NCBI GenBank assembly: GCA_048213135.1
Contig: PS015038.1
Location: 72,758-136,757 of the forward strand
Origin: Reclinomonas americana ATCC 50394
Lineage: Eukaryota
Reading direction: 5' to 3'
DNA: 64,000 nt
The notes below the pieces were generated by a model. The model was not told the DNA's origin. It did no database searches and saw only the letters and a list, made by a program, of their open reading frames with translations. How positions within the stretch are numbered: the first letter of the stretch is position 1; the number at the start of each line of letters is the position of its first letter. Both the position numbers and the translations under genes were made by a program. Shown here one piece after another: positions 49,820 to 63,080 of the stretch.

Positions 49820-52800
49820 TCACGCACCACTCGAACTGGACAACGTGTGCAAAATTGATGATGCAGCGCGACTGACGCTAGCATCGGAGGAGCGCGAGGC
49901 CTTCACCAGTGGCGCCAGGCCGTTGTTCTCCATGATTTCCAGCGACGCCGTGGCGGCAAAGAGCATCAGCAGCTTCAACGCCAGTGTGATGACCTCCGCA
50001 TCGTCGTGCGTATCGAGAATACGCACAGTGGTCACCACGCCGCCCTCCAGTCGGATGACTGACAGATTTTCCTCTGCGAGCACACACGCAGAGTCAGCAT
50101 TCGTGTGTATGCGCGCAAAATCGAAAGAAACAATGTGTGGAAGGCGTACCATTGGTGGCCAGTGTTGACAGCGCCTTCAGGGCAGCCGACAGCACACGCA
50201 GATCCTGCGCATTGTCCAGCTGGCGCAGCAGAGCCGGGATGGCGCCACGCTTGCGAAGATCCACTTTGCCTGCGCCAAGTGAGGTAACGATTGAGTCAAC
50301 AACTCTTCCGGCCAGCTCACAGTCGACTTGAGACACACCAGACGGCACGCCCGCCAGATTCTGCAGCGTCGAGATGGCGTACAGCTTGGCGTCCATGTCC
50401 TCGTCGTTCATGCAGCGCATAATGTCGGCAGTGCCACCAATAACAATCACTTGCGCCGCATTCGTCTCTGCGCGAGCACCCAAGAGGTGTGAGAGATCGA
50501 GCAACACCCACGCATCAACAGCGCGACGTGTCAACTCACCGTTGAGCGTCGCATTGTACAAGCAGCGCAGTCCTGCACGCCAGTAGAGAGTGAGCAAATG
50601 ACACGAAAAAGAAGGCAAGGCGACCGATCGGTGTGTGTGTGGCTCTCACCATATCTCTTGGTCTCGGCATCGGTCGAGCTGATGACACGCACCATGGGCT
50701 CCAGACCGCCGAGCTCACGAATGGCCTCCTTGTGTTGCTTGTTGATACTGATGCACACAAATGAAGCACAGGGTGAGTGACTCAAGACGCACTCGACATT
50801 AGCAAAGACGACAGTGAGTGACGCACGACATGTTGATGAGGCAGCCAATGGCAGCACGCTTCGTCTCCACATCCTCGTGGTCGAGCAGGCGCAACACCGC
50901 GCGCAAACCGTCATTGTCGAACACGATGGTGCGGTTCTGGGCGTTGATGGACAGGATGCTGAGAGCGCGCATGGCGTACTTGGTGGTCGCCGCGTCACCA
51001 CTGCATGGACAAGAGAGAAACACGGAACATTTGAGTCACCGAGGCGGACGCACGCACGCACTCCCCACAACAACAAAGTGCAATGGTACGTGCCTGTAGA
51101 GCGCGCGCAACAACAGGGGCACGCCACCGAGGCCAGCAATCTCCACCTTGGACTCGTCGTCGAATGAGAGGTTGCGCANNNNNNNNNNNNNNNNNNNNGG
51201 CGACAGGACCTCTGCGCGTTGACGCGTGTTTTTTTCAGTCACCAACAACCACAAACGAGCGAGAGAGAGGAAGGGAGATGCACGAACCGCCAAGTTGATC
51301 AGTGAGGTGCGTGCGCAGCGAGGCCACCACCTGCTCCACACCGGCATGCACCAAGAACTCGGTCTTGGCCTGCTCGATGGAGCACAAGTTGGCCAGGCAG
51401 ACGGCGGCGTTGATTTGTGAGTCAGCCTGCCATCGATAAACACATATTGAGTTGAAAACTAGAGGCAAACAAACAATTCACGCCCCGTCGTGCTCGCACA
51501 AACCTCACGTGCGGCCAGCAACTCGATGAGGACCTTGACGAGGCCGAGCTTGACCATCTCCGGTCGCGCATCCGCCTCGCTGCTCAGCTCGGCCACAATG
51601 GCCAACAACTGCGCACGCAGCATCTGCATCGCCTCGGCCGTGGAGGTGACGTGGTGCAGGAAGAGTCGAACGATGCGCGCGACAAAGTTCATCTTCTTGA
51701 TCAGCTGCACCGTCTCCTCGAAGCGCAGCAACTGCGACACACAGCTGAGGCTCTCCTTCACCGTGTCGGGATCGCGGGAGGCGACAGCCTGCAAAATGAC
51801 CGGCAGGCCATTCAAGCGCATCACATCCTCCGAGAACGTGTCGTGTGCGCAGAAGAAGGTCAGCGACTTGGCGGCGAATCGCGCCGTCACCGTGTCGTTG
51901 CTGGACACCGCATTGAGCATCACCGGGAGGCCACCGAGACGCAAGAACTCGGTCAGGTTCTCCTCTGCAACCACCGGCGACGTGAGACCTCACACACTTT
52001 TCGACAGAAAAGTTCTCAGGCACAGCACACATGACGCACGGTTGATGAGCAAGTTGGAAATGGTGCGCGTGGCATAGCGACGCGTCTCCACGTCGGACAG
52101 CTCGAGCACGTGCAGCAGGGCGGGGAGACCGCCATGTCCGCGAATCTCAATCTTGTTCTTGGCTGCGCGACACAGATCAGACACCAGCGAAGAAACGGAA
52201 GCAAGAGGAGCGACACATGAACGTACCATTGACGGACAGGTTGATCAGAGTGCCCGCAGCGCTGCGTCGCACGTCAATGTCGGGCGAGTGCAGGCACTCA
52301 ATCACCTCCGGAATGCCGCCGGCTGTGCGAATCTCCACACGGTTCTCGGCTGTACCACCAATCATCGTGAGAGGGTGCGACACATCACGACGAAACAAAT
52401 GGCAGCGTGTGGACGAAACTGTTGATCGACAGGACCATCAGTGCTCGAATGGCACCCTTCTTCACTTCCAGATCGTCGGAGCGCAGGCAGTCGACCAGCA
52501 CCGGAATACCACCGGCTTCACGGATTTGCACCTTGGTGTTGGCTGCACACTCACGGGTCAGCCACTTTCCCATTTTTTCGCGCCCCAACAAACCACCCCA
52601 CTCTGGCTCACCTGCAAAACTGAGCGAGCGCAACGTCTTGACGGCATCACGTCGCAGCAGCTCGTCGTTGCGGAAGCCTGCCAGCTGGATGAGGTACGGC
52701 ACCACGCCCCGGCCGACGACGAGTCGTTCGTTCTCGTCGTTGACAGAGAGCGACCGAATCAGTGCCATGGCAGCGAGTCCGACCTCTCGGTTCGGCGGGT

Positions 52801-55800
52801 CAATCATCACGTCCACAGTCGGGTCCAGGCCGCCCGCCTTGCGAATGTCCTCTTCCGCACCCTCGTCCATGCACAGCACATTGAGGATGCGCAGCGTGTG
52901 CTTCTGCACCTCCGGTCCGGTGTGCTGGATGAGCGCGGTGAGACGGCGCAGGGCATTGGCCTGGCGAACCTCCGATCGCACCGCCGCTGTTCGATTGTAC
53001 ACACGCGTGTAAGCAGGGGAGCACCATCAATCAGCATCANNNNNNNNNNNNNNNNNNNNAAATTGGTCACGCTCAAAGTTGGTTGCCGAGCCGACACGAT
53101 CAAGCTCCTCCTGCAACTGCAGCACCTTGATGGCCGCATCGTCGAGCTGCGACAGCCGTCCTGTCAGCTTCTCCACCTCAGATCTACGTAAAGGAGAGTG
53201 GAAATCGTCGTGAGGGCAGGTGTCAAAAATCACTGGCGCAACTGCGTCAGTCAGCACACGCAACTTGAGTGCATCTCGTTCCTGGAACATGGCGTCGATC
53301 TGCTCCGGCGAGTAGCGTGCCGCCTTGCGCGTGCTGTTCTTCAGCTGCTGCATCTCGGCATCACGCGTCACCAGCTCACGGCGTGCATCCTCCAAGTCCT
53401 TGCGTGTGTCGCGCAACTCTGCCAGCACCGCCTGGTACGACTGCTCGGCGTGCGTGCTCTGCTTGAACAGCTCGCGCTCGTAGTCGTGGATCTTGTCGGC
53501 GGCGGCACGGCCGAGGCTCAGGTCGGCGGTTTCCTGGAGGCTCTTGTTCTGCCGCTCCAGTCGCTCCACCGTGGCCTCGAGTTCGGCGACACGAGCGAGA
53601 CGTGCGCTCATCGCATTGCGCTCGTTCTCAGCACGGGTACGCAGCTCCTCGGACACGGCCAACTTGCTGGCCACGTCGGCCACCTCCGAGTCGGCGTGGC
53701 GCGAAATCTTACGAATCTCGTTCTCCAGCGCCGTGATGCGGTCGTTTGCCTCGCGATAATCCTTCATCGGCACAGTGCGATCGCGCTCCTCGGCCTCCGT
53801 CTGCTGACCCATGGTGTTGCGACGGCGAGTGCCCTCCTCACCGCGTCGCAGCTGAGCCTCGGCATTCTGCAATGCCACGGTGCTGCACAACAGTGTCAGA
53901 TGCCAGAATGACGCAAGAACGGCGCCCGACTTCTACAAAAAAAGACTCACCGATCCTGCAGCTCCTCCTGCAACCGCTGCACCTCCTCGCGCATCTGCCG
54001 CGACTGGTTCTCAAAGTGCAGACCCTGCTTCTCCAACTCCTCGGTGAGCGTGTAGACCTTCATCGAGGCCTCGGTGCCCTCCTCCTTGGCGTTGGTGCGC
54101 AGAATGTGCAGCACATTCTCCAAGTCGCTGATCTTTTGCGTCAGAGCCAGATTCTCCAGGTTGAGGGTGTGCAGCGCACGATCACTGTTGGCGCGCTGCA
54201 GCTCGGCAAACTCGGCTTGCTCCTGCACACGGGCCTCCTTGTCGTGGGCATGCTGCTGCGCCGCCTCCTTGGCGGCGGCTTGCAGCTCGCGAACTTGCTC
54301 TTGCAGATCGTCCAGGTGCTGATGGTAGAACTTGCCCTGCTGTGTGAGCTCCTGCTGGACCTCGCGCAACTTGAACTCGGTGGCAGCCTGCTCGGCCTCG
54401 GCGCGCTTGCGCGCGTCGTGCATCACCGTCAGCTCCTTGCGCATACGGTCGAGCGCCTCGCCCTCCGTCTTGGCACTCAGGAAATCGGCCATCAGGCGCT
54501 CGTGGTCGCTGATGGCACGATCACGGTCGCCCTGCGTACCCGACACCTGCCGCTGCAGCGACTCAATCTCCGCGCGCAGGCGGTTCGCCTCCTGCGTGGA
54601 GGCCTTGTCGGCCACCACCAACTCGTGCTCCAACGTCTTGACGCGCTCCTCGGCCAGACGTGACCACTCCGCGTGCTGCGACTGTGCATCGCGCAACGCC
54701 GACTGCGACTTGAACAAGTCGCGCTCGGTTTGAGCCAGCTGCGCTTGCACTTGCTGCAAGAGTCGACGAGTGTTGCGCTCCGAGTCTGTCAGCGTCGCCT
54801 CCGATTCCTCGGCCAACTCACGCACTTGGCCGATCTGACGCTGCACGTCGCGCTCCGTGGCCGCCAACTCCACCTCCAGCACGCCCACACGACGGGCCGC
54901 AGCCGAAGCCTCGTCCTCTGCCTCCTTTCGCACGCGCTCGGCCTTGACCACGCGTTTGCGCTCCTCGGCCAGTTCGTCTTGCGTGCTCTTGAGCTGTTTG
55001 TGAATGAAAGTGTTGTAAGCAGCGAGGCAATCAGGTTGCTTTTGACAAACACACAGCACGTACCATTTGCTCCAGCGCCTGCACAGCGGCACGCGCCGAC
55101 GCCACGTCGCCGAGATTGTGCTTCAGCGAGTCAACCTTGTGCTGCAACTCCGACACCGAGGACTCGCGCGAGGCAGCCTCGACTCGGTTGGCCTTTTCGA
55201 GAATCTCGACTTCGCGCTCCAAATGGCGCACCCGCTCGACGCCAGCATGCTCGCGCTCCACGGCCGAACGCAAGTCACCCCGCAGCTTGTCGCGCTCCTG
55301 GGTCGCCAGTGCCAGTGCCTCGCGCGCCCCAATCAAATCGGCATCGGCCTTGCGTAGCTGGGCACGCAGCTCCGGCACAGTGTCTGCGGTGCGACGGGCA
55401 CCGTCCAGCTCCGACCGCAGCTCCTCCACCGACTGAGTGAGATTCGACTGCACCGCCAATCCTCGATCGGCCACCAAGTCACGCTCGGAGCGCAACAGCG
55501 ACAACTCCTCCTCCAGACGCAGAATGTAATCTGCGGCCTCCCGCTCGCGCTCCAGGCACTCCAGACGCTGACCCTCGGACGAGTCCTTCAACGCCTGCAT
55601 GTGCATCAACTGACCCTTCAACGAGGCAATGGTCTGGAAGTGCTCCTTCTCGCGCTCGGTCGACTGCTTGGCGTTGGCGTCACCGGCCACCACCACGCCA
55701 AGTTCGCGGCGCAGCATATCCAGTTCCTCTGCGTGCGAATGTCAGACGAATTGTGCTGACAATCTCATGCAGTGTGTGGACGGACGCACCTTGCAGCCCA

Positions 55801-58800
55801 GCAGCCTCGCTNNNNNNNNNNNNNNNNNNNNCGCATCCTGCGTGCGTGCCAACTCCTGCTGCAACTCGTTCGCCGTCTTCTCCACCGCAGTGAGCGCGGC
55901 ACGATGACCCTCACCGGCCTCCACCGATGAGCGCATCTGCGCGACCGCCGTCGTCAGATCGGAGACCTGCCGCTCGCCGCCGCTCAGTGAGGCGTCAAGC
56001 ACCGACAACTCCCGCTGCAGCGCCATGGCACGCTCGCGTGCCGCCTCCTCGCTGGCCGCGGTGCTGGCCAGACGCCGCTCCAACAGCTCCGCCTGTCGCT
56101 TGAGGCCAGACACCTGTTGTTCACTGGCGTCGCGCTGCCGTTTGAGCTCCTCCACCGAGCTCTCCAGCAACGCCACACGATGCTCCGCACTGCGCTTGTC
56201 GACATTCAGTTCGTCGATACGGCGCTGGATGGCCTCGGCAGGCTCCAGGCGCAGGCGCTCGTTCTCGGCCGCCAACAGCGCCAGCTCCTTGCGCAGCTGC
56301 GAGGTGACCTGCTGTGCGGCTTCGTCGACCTCGCGCAAGGCCTGCACTTCGGCCTGCAGACGCATGATCTGCGAGTGCTGGTCGTGGGCGAGCTTGTCCT
56401 TGGCAATCAGCGACTCGCTGTACGAGCGCAGATTGTGCTGCAGCGACTCGAGCGACTGCGACGCCGCGTCGGCACCCAGTGCTTCGCCGCGAAGCGAGCT
56501 CAGCTGTTGTTGCAGGGTCTGCAGCGCACCGCTCTGCTGCTGCAACTCGGCCTCGGCGTTCTTCTCCAACAACTGCAACTCGACCTCCAGTTGGCGCTTG
56601 CGCGCCGCACCCTGCCGCTCGCGCTCCTCCAGCACCGTCAAGTCGTCACGCAGACGCACGACCTTGGCGCGTTCCGACGCCAGCAAGTCGGCCTGCGACT
56701 CGACCTTGCGCACCAATTTCTGCAACACGACATTGTTTCAGCAGCCGCAGCAGTGACACACGGACGGAGGCGAGTGAGGGAAAACAAACCTCGAGCTTGG
56801 TACCCGGATCGTCGGTCGGGGACACCAACGTGGCCGGGATGGCCTTGAAATGGCGCTGCCACTGGTCGATTTCCGCACGCAAGCGGACACCCTCGCGCTC
56901 CTTCTCGTGGCTCAGCTTGGACAGCTCCTCGCGCAGCAACTCCGCCTCCTCTGCCAACGCACGGTTGTAGGCCACGGCCGACACCTCCATGTCGGTGGCT
57001 TCGGCGAGACGCCTCTCCTTCTTGGTGCGGTCCAACGATGCAGAGGCCACGTTGCGCTCCATGTCGGTCAGTGCCTTGCGCAGCGCCGCAGCATCGTCCT
57101 TGGCCGCCTGCAGCTCCTTCTCCACACCGCCGCTGTGTTGCAGACGATTCTGCAGCTCCGCCAGCTGCTCCTCCAGCTGTGCAATCTGCGTGTTCTTCGT
57201 CGCCGTCACATGCTCAGTCTCCAGTGCGGCCAGGCGGACCTCCTGCTCCAGCAGTCGCATCCGCTCGGCCGACGTGTTCTCACGCTCCGCGCCGCTGGCG
57301 AGTTGCGCGCGCAGCTCGTCAATCATTCGCTGCTTGTCCGTGACATCGCGCTCCAGACGGCCACGTTCCTGCACAAGCCGACGACAACAATGTGANNNNN
57401 NNNNNNNNNNNNNNNNNNNNNNNNNNNNNNNNNNNNNNNNNNNNNNNNNNNNNNNNNNNNNNNNNNNNNNNNNNNNNNNNNNNNNNNNNNNNNNNNNNNN
57501 NNNNNNNNNNNNNNNNNNNNNNNNNNNNNNNNNNNNNNNNNNNNNNNNNNNNNNNNNNNNNNNNNNNNNNNNNNNNNNNNNNNNNNNNNNNNNNNNNNNN
57601 NNNNNNNNNNNNNNNNNNNNNNNNNNNNNNNNNNNNNNNNNNNNNNNNNNNNNNNNNNNNGGAGCAGAACGCACAGCGACTGGAGCAAGTGGCGGCTCTG
57701 CGTGGCGAGATGAGCGGCAGCGCGCGTGAGGCCACCACCATGGCCGAGTTGCAGCAGTTGTTTGAGCAACAAAAGGCGGAGAGTCAGCAGACCGCCGCCG
57801 CCATGCATCGGTTCGTCACATCAGTCTCGTCCCTCTCTCTTTTTTGTTTTTTCGTCACTGATGATTTCCCTTCCTATACTCCACAGTCTGCAACGCGATC
57901 TGCTGGCGAGCCGTGCCCGCGAGGCCGAGTTGGCCGAGCGTGAGGAGACGGCCACCAAGCGTACGCTGGAGTTGCAGCGCGAGTTGTTGCTGCACGAGCG
58001 TGCGGCCACCTCACTGGACTCGGCGCTGGCCACGGCATCCTCGTCGCTGCAGCAGCAGCGCGCCGATGCCGCAGCGACCTCGGTCGACCGTGACGCGCAT
58101 GCACAGCGCCTGCGTGAGGCGGAAGCTCGTGTTGCGACACTGGAGGAGGAATCGCGACGCCTGAATGCCGCGCAAAGCAGAATGCAACGGCAGTTGACGG
58201 AGGCGTCGGATCGCGAGAGTTCGGCGGAGCGCAAACTGGCCATCATGGAGGACGAGTTGCGACTGGCGCAGGAGGGTGCAGCCGTGGCACTTCGAGAGCA
58301 CGCGGCTGTGGAAGTGAGTCTGCACGAACGCATCAGTGCGCTCACCCGCGACATGGAGGCGGCGCGTGTCAGTGCCTCCGGCGAACTCGGCGCGCAGCTG
58401 AACAGCAAGGATCGCGAGCTGCAGCAAGTGGTGCGGCAGCTGGCGGACGCGAAGCGAGCCACCACCCGTCTGGAGGAGGAGCGCGAGTCAGCGCGCGACC
58501 GTGAGCGAGTGGCACGCGACCGCATTCTCAAGCTCGAGGAGGAGCTGCGTCTGCGGGAGCGCCACTTGACCTCGTACGAGGGCGAGTTGCAGGGCCAGGC
58601 CGTGGCCGCCGCCAGTGCCGCCGGCGAGCGTCGTGGTGCAGCCGAGACCCGTGCGACCCTGGAGCAGGAGCTGGCCAACAAGGAGCGCGCTCTCGGTGTG
58701 CAATCTGCCGAGGTGGAGAGGTTACGCAAGCAACTCAAGGATGCTACCACACGCCTGGCCGGTGTGGAGGAGGAGGCTCGTGACGCCACAAAGCAGGTGT

Positions 58801-61800
58801 GTGTCTCTCCATTTTTTTCGTGTATCATTGGCGACTGAATCTTATTCTGGCNNNNNNNNNNNNNNNNNNNNCCCACTGTCTTTTGCGCGTCGAGCTGCGC
58901 AGAGTTGTTGTAGTGCTCCAACTGCGCCAGTTCGTGCTCCAGCTGTCGGATCTTGTCGGATCCCTGCCGTTCGCGCTCGCGCACCTCCTTCAACTCGTCG
59001 TACGCATTGGTGAGCTCGCCTTGCAACCGGTACACACTCTTGCGAGCCGTGCTCAGCTCTTGCGACATGCGTTCCATTCTGTATGGGCGCGGTCAGTACC
59101 AGCCGCAACAGGACAAGAGCGAGCGAGGAAAGAAAAGGGGGGGGGGGGCACGAAACTGCGAATCAAAGGTCGAGGACGGCGCAGCAAACACCACGGCCTC
59201 TCGTGGCGGCTCCGGACGCAGGTCGTCGGCAGCACGTTGCATGCGACGCAGCTCGGCATTCAGCGTGGACACCTGTGGCATGCGCGTGAGCACACCTGTC
59301 TGTTTTTTTTGGAAAGGAGAAACACACACACCTTGTCGACCGCAGAGGCCTCACGCTCCTGCAACTGGGCGCAGTCCTTCTTCAGCTGCGACACCTCGCG
59401 ATCGAGCTTGAACACCTGCGTGTGTTTGCGTGGCGGCACAGCATAGCGTTGGTTGTCGAGTCACTTGCACAACAACACAACACAGAGCGACTGACGCACC
59501 TCCTCCTTCAGGTGGCGAATCTCCACATCCTTGGCGCGCAGCTCATTGGCGTGCACCTCGTCGGACGAGGCATCCGAGCGCATGCGCGCAATCTGCGAAT
59601 CACGCTCGCGCAAGTTCTTCTCCAGGCGGGCTGCGCAGTCGAGATGACAGTCGTGAGGACCATTGAAACAAACGAACACATCAGAGCTCTGTGAACGTGC
59701 TTGCTCAACGCACCAAGTTCCTGCTGCTGTCGCGACATGTCATTTTCCATGCGCTTCAGCTTGTCCACCAGCCGCTCGTTCTCGTCCTGCAAATGCGTGC
59801 TCGACTCCTCCATCACGGACAGTCGCTGCCGCAGCTCATTGTCGCCAGTGACGCGCTCCGTGCCGCTCGATGGTCGCACGCGGAGCGAGAGCAGCGAGGC
59901 CGGGGCTGCCGCGGTCACAGCAGATGAGCCCGAAGCGGTGCTGCGGGTGGCCGACGACGGTCGGGTCGGCACGTTCTCCTTGCTCAGTTGCCTCGCAATC
60001 TCCTCACGCTCACGGCTCACCGCCTACACGCCGCGCCAATAGGTGAGTCAGCAGGCAGAATGGAGCGGGCTGAACAATGTCATGCACGCACCTCCTTGCG
60101 CTCCAGTGTGGCCTTCTCGCGCGCCTCCATGGCAGTCTCCATGTTGGCACGGAAAGCGTCAATCGCTCGGCGTCGCTCCGTGTCGTTGTCGCTCATCAGA
60201 GGCGCCAACGCGGCCGGGAGAGCCTCACGGACCTCGTTGCGCTTGCCGCCGCTGCGGTCCTCCTACACGAACACGCGTGTGAGAGACTTGCGCGCGCTTG
60301 TGCGATAAAGGTAGAAATTTTCCTTACCGTGCACTTGATCAGCGTCTCCACGGCCATCTTTCGCACCTCCACGTCCTCGTCCTCGGCAAACTCCGCAATC
60401 GCCTTGAGCGACTGCTCGCGCGTCCTCTCCACCATCATGTTTCCGTCGACACACATGTGGTACACGCCCTTGATGGCGTGGCGCTTGGTCTTGACGTCGC
60501 GTGAGACCAGCGACTTGAGAATGGCACTGCCGGCACCGAGAGCCATGACAGCGGCGCGGTTCGCCTCCTCCATCACCATAAACGAGAGTGCGCCCATGGC
60601 GTACCTGGCGATCGACGCAGCGAATGAGCAACAAGCAAGCAAGCAAACAGCGACAAGAGGAAAAGTGCAGCTCACCGACGAGCCTCCGGCTCACGGCCCT
60701 TGAAGCACTCCAACACAATCTGCACACCGTCAACTGACGGCACGGCCGCATTGCTGCACCAGACAACAGGGTGAGTATGTGTGGCGAAGGGCGAAGGCCT
60801 CGCCCTTCTTTCTCAAACGCAGACTCAACTTGGCCGGATCCTGGCACATGTGCATGGTTGTGGCCAGAGCGTAACAACGAGCCTCCAAATCCGAGTCCTT
60901 GGTCAGTCGCAGCAACACCGGCAGCGCACCGATGCGTCCAAGTGTGGCACGCGTGCGCTCCCCCAGGGACGCATTGCACAGACACCGCAGACCGAACCGC
61001 CGACTCTCCACATCTTGCGTGTTGCTCACACAAAACAAAATCTCCTCGAGACCACCTGCGACACGCGCGCGCCGTGATGAACAACCAGCGAGGAGGAGTG
61101 GGAAACAGGAAGGAGAAAAAATGATGATTGCCGAACCTTCCTGGATCAACTGCGACTCGTTGTCTTCATCGCTGTCAGCACAAACACACAGAGGTGTCAG
61201 AGAGCACTTGGTGAAGAAAATTGCACATGTTGTCACCCCAACGCACCTGGCCAGGTTGATCAAACTGCACAACACGCGAGCCATTTGAGTTGATGAGCAC
61301 ACACAGGAAGAGGAGGAGGAGGAGGAGGAAGAGGAAGGGGAAGCAACGCACCTCGCAAGCGCATAGCGCTGCGTTTCTGGATCGTCCACCTTCAAGCATT
61401 CGATGACATTGCGAATGCATCCAAGCGGGCGGAACTGCATCTTATTCTGTGGAAGCGGGTGTCAGCCACCGTCAGGAAGCACACAATAAAAGGGAGCGCG
61501 CGGCACGCAACTTCGACGTTGATGGACAGGTTGCACACCTGCACATCGAAAAAGTGTGAGAAACACAAACGGGAGAGAAACTGTGAAACTGCGACACGCA
61601 CTGTTCGCAGAGCATCACGGCGAGTGCGAATGTCTTCAGCGAGGAGACACTGCACAATGAGCGGGAGACCGCCCTGCAGGCGGATTTCCACCTTGTTGAT
61701 ATCGTGGATGCTCAGGTTACACAGCGAGCTGCGACACCGACAAATCAGACACAAGAGAGTACGAGGAAAGAGGCAAAGCATGTGCGCACCGCAACGCGAC

Positions 61801-62723
61801 ACGCGTAATTTCGATATCCTGCGTGCCGCTGGAGAGGCAGTCGAGAATCGCTCCCACGCCGCCCAATCGCAAAATCTCCTTGCAGCTCGGCTCCTCAAAA
61901 CTCATATTACACAGCAGACGCAGGCACAGCTTCTGCACATCGTACGAATCCACAGAGAGCCACTCCACAAGAATATCCAAGCCACCCTGCTGTCGAATCT
62001 CCTCGCGGTATTGTGCTGGATGACGATCGCCATCAGCGTCGCAAAATAGAAACCCACATACACACACACACGCAAACCGCGAACTGACCATGCTGACTGA
62101 TCTTCCACAAGATCCACAGTCCATCGCGCTGCGATGCTGCGTCGCCTTCCGTCAACATCTCCAGGAACTTGTCGACGCAGTTGTTGTGCTCAATGTTGAC
62201 ATGAAGCGATTCTGCCACAAGAGAGAGAGAGTGAGTCAGGGCGCCAATGTCACTCTTGTGTGTGTGCGACTCACCATCGATTGTGATGCGACCGACTTCG
62301 GCCTGCGCCGCAGGCCGTGCGCGCTCCTGTTATCAGAAACACACATGCCAAGTGAGCGCGCGGAGAAGCGGGGAAACAAACACAGAGTCCGATCTTCCGC
62401 ATCATGTGAAATCGATAAACGTGTCGCGTGCAACACACGCACTGGCGAACATGCTCCCTCTCTCTGTTACTCTCTCGCGTGTGCATGTGCATTCTTTCTG
62501 CGCGTGTATGTATGCACAACACTCACTCACACACAAAGAGCGATTGCAAACAGCGGAAACAAAGACGCACGCTCTCTCTCACGCACGCACGCACGTATGC
62601 AGTAACGCGCCACACTCTCTCACCACGTACACGCACTCTCACTCTTTCTCCTCGCTCTTCCCGTCTCTCTCAGTCGAAAGTGAGCGTGAGATGGCGCACA
62701 CACAAACTCACCGGTCGCGACAT
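49820..62723 (-). CDS. Giant protein: N-terminal armadillo repeats, very long coiled coil, C-terminal armadillo repeats (several gaps; one inverted block)
   Basis: ARM repeats (NK.EIR..GG...L...L, L.NLS.N) at about 60300-62200 and 49820-53000 flank continuous E/R/L/A-rich heptad exons. The start is modelled as MSRP| at 62723. Confidence 0.7.
57661..58796 (+). CDS. Coiled-coil exons of the giant ARM/coiled-coil gene, in an inverted gap-bounded block
   Basis: EQNAQRLEQV.../LQRDLLASRAREAEL...EARDATKQ|GT has the same composition as the neighbouring minus-strand exons. The phase-0 donor matches the acceptor near 57370. Confidence 0.7.
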
Positions 62724-63080
62724 TTAACGCCCCCTGAGTCTGTCACACGCACACACACGCACACACAAACACAAAGTGCAGCACGCTCCCTCGCACACAC
62801 AAACACAAACAAACACAAACAAGCGCGCGTGGTTGGTGGTTCGTTGGCGAGCACTGTCCAGCAACACATTGGCACTGTCCATCTTAACGCGCCGGATTTT
62901 TGTAGCGCGCGCGCCTTTCTTCCCCCGTCTCTCTCTCTCTCTCTGCGTGCGTGTGTGTGCACAACTCTCTCTCCCCCTCCTCTCTCTCTTGTCTTCGTCT
63001 CTCTCCCTCTCTCTGTGGTCAGCAAGTTCGCGACTCAAATTCCGCACGTTGCGCTGCGCGTGAGGCCTTCTGGGGACCCC

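Noticed and set aside
2628-58851. Ciliate-like gene scrambling or trans-splicing as the explanation for inverted gene parts
   Set aside because: All three inversions have N runs on both sides and flipping them restores colinear genes, so contig mis-orientation is the simpler explanation.
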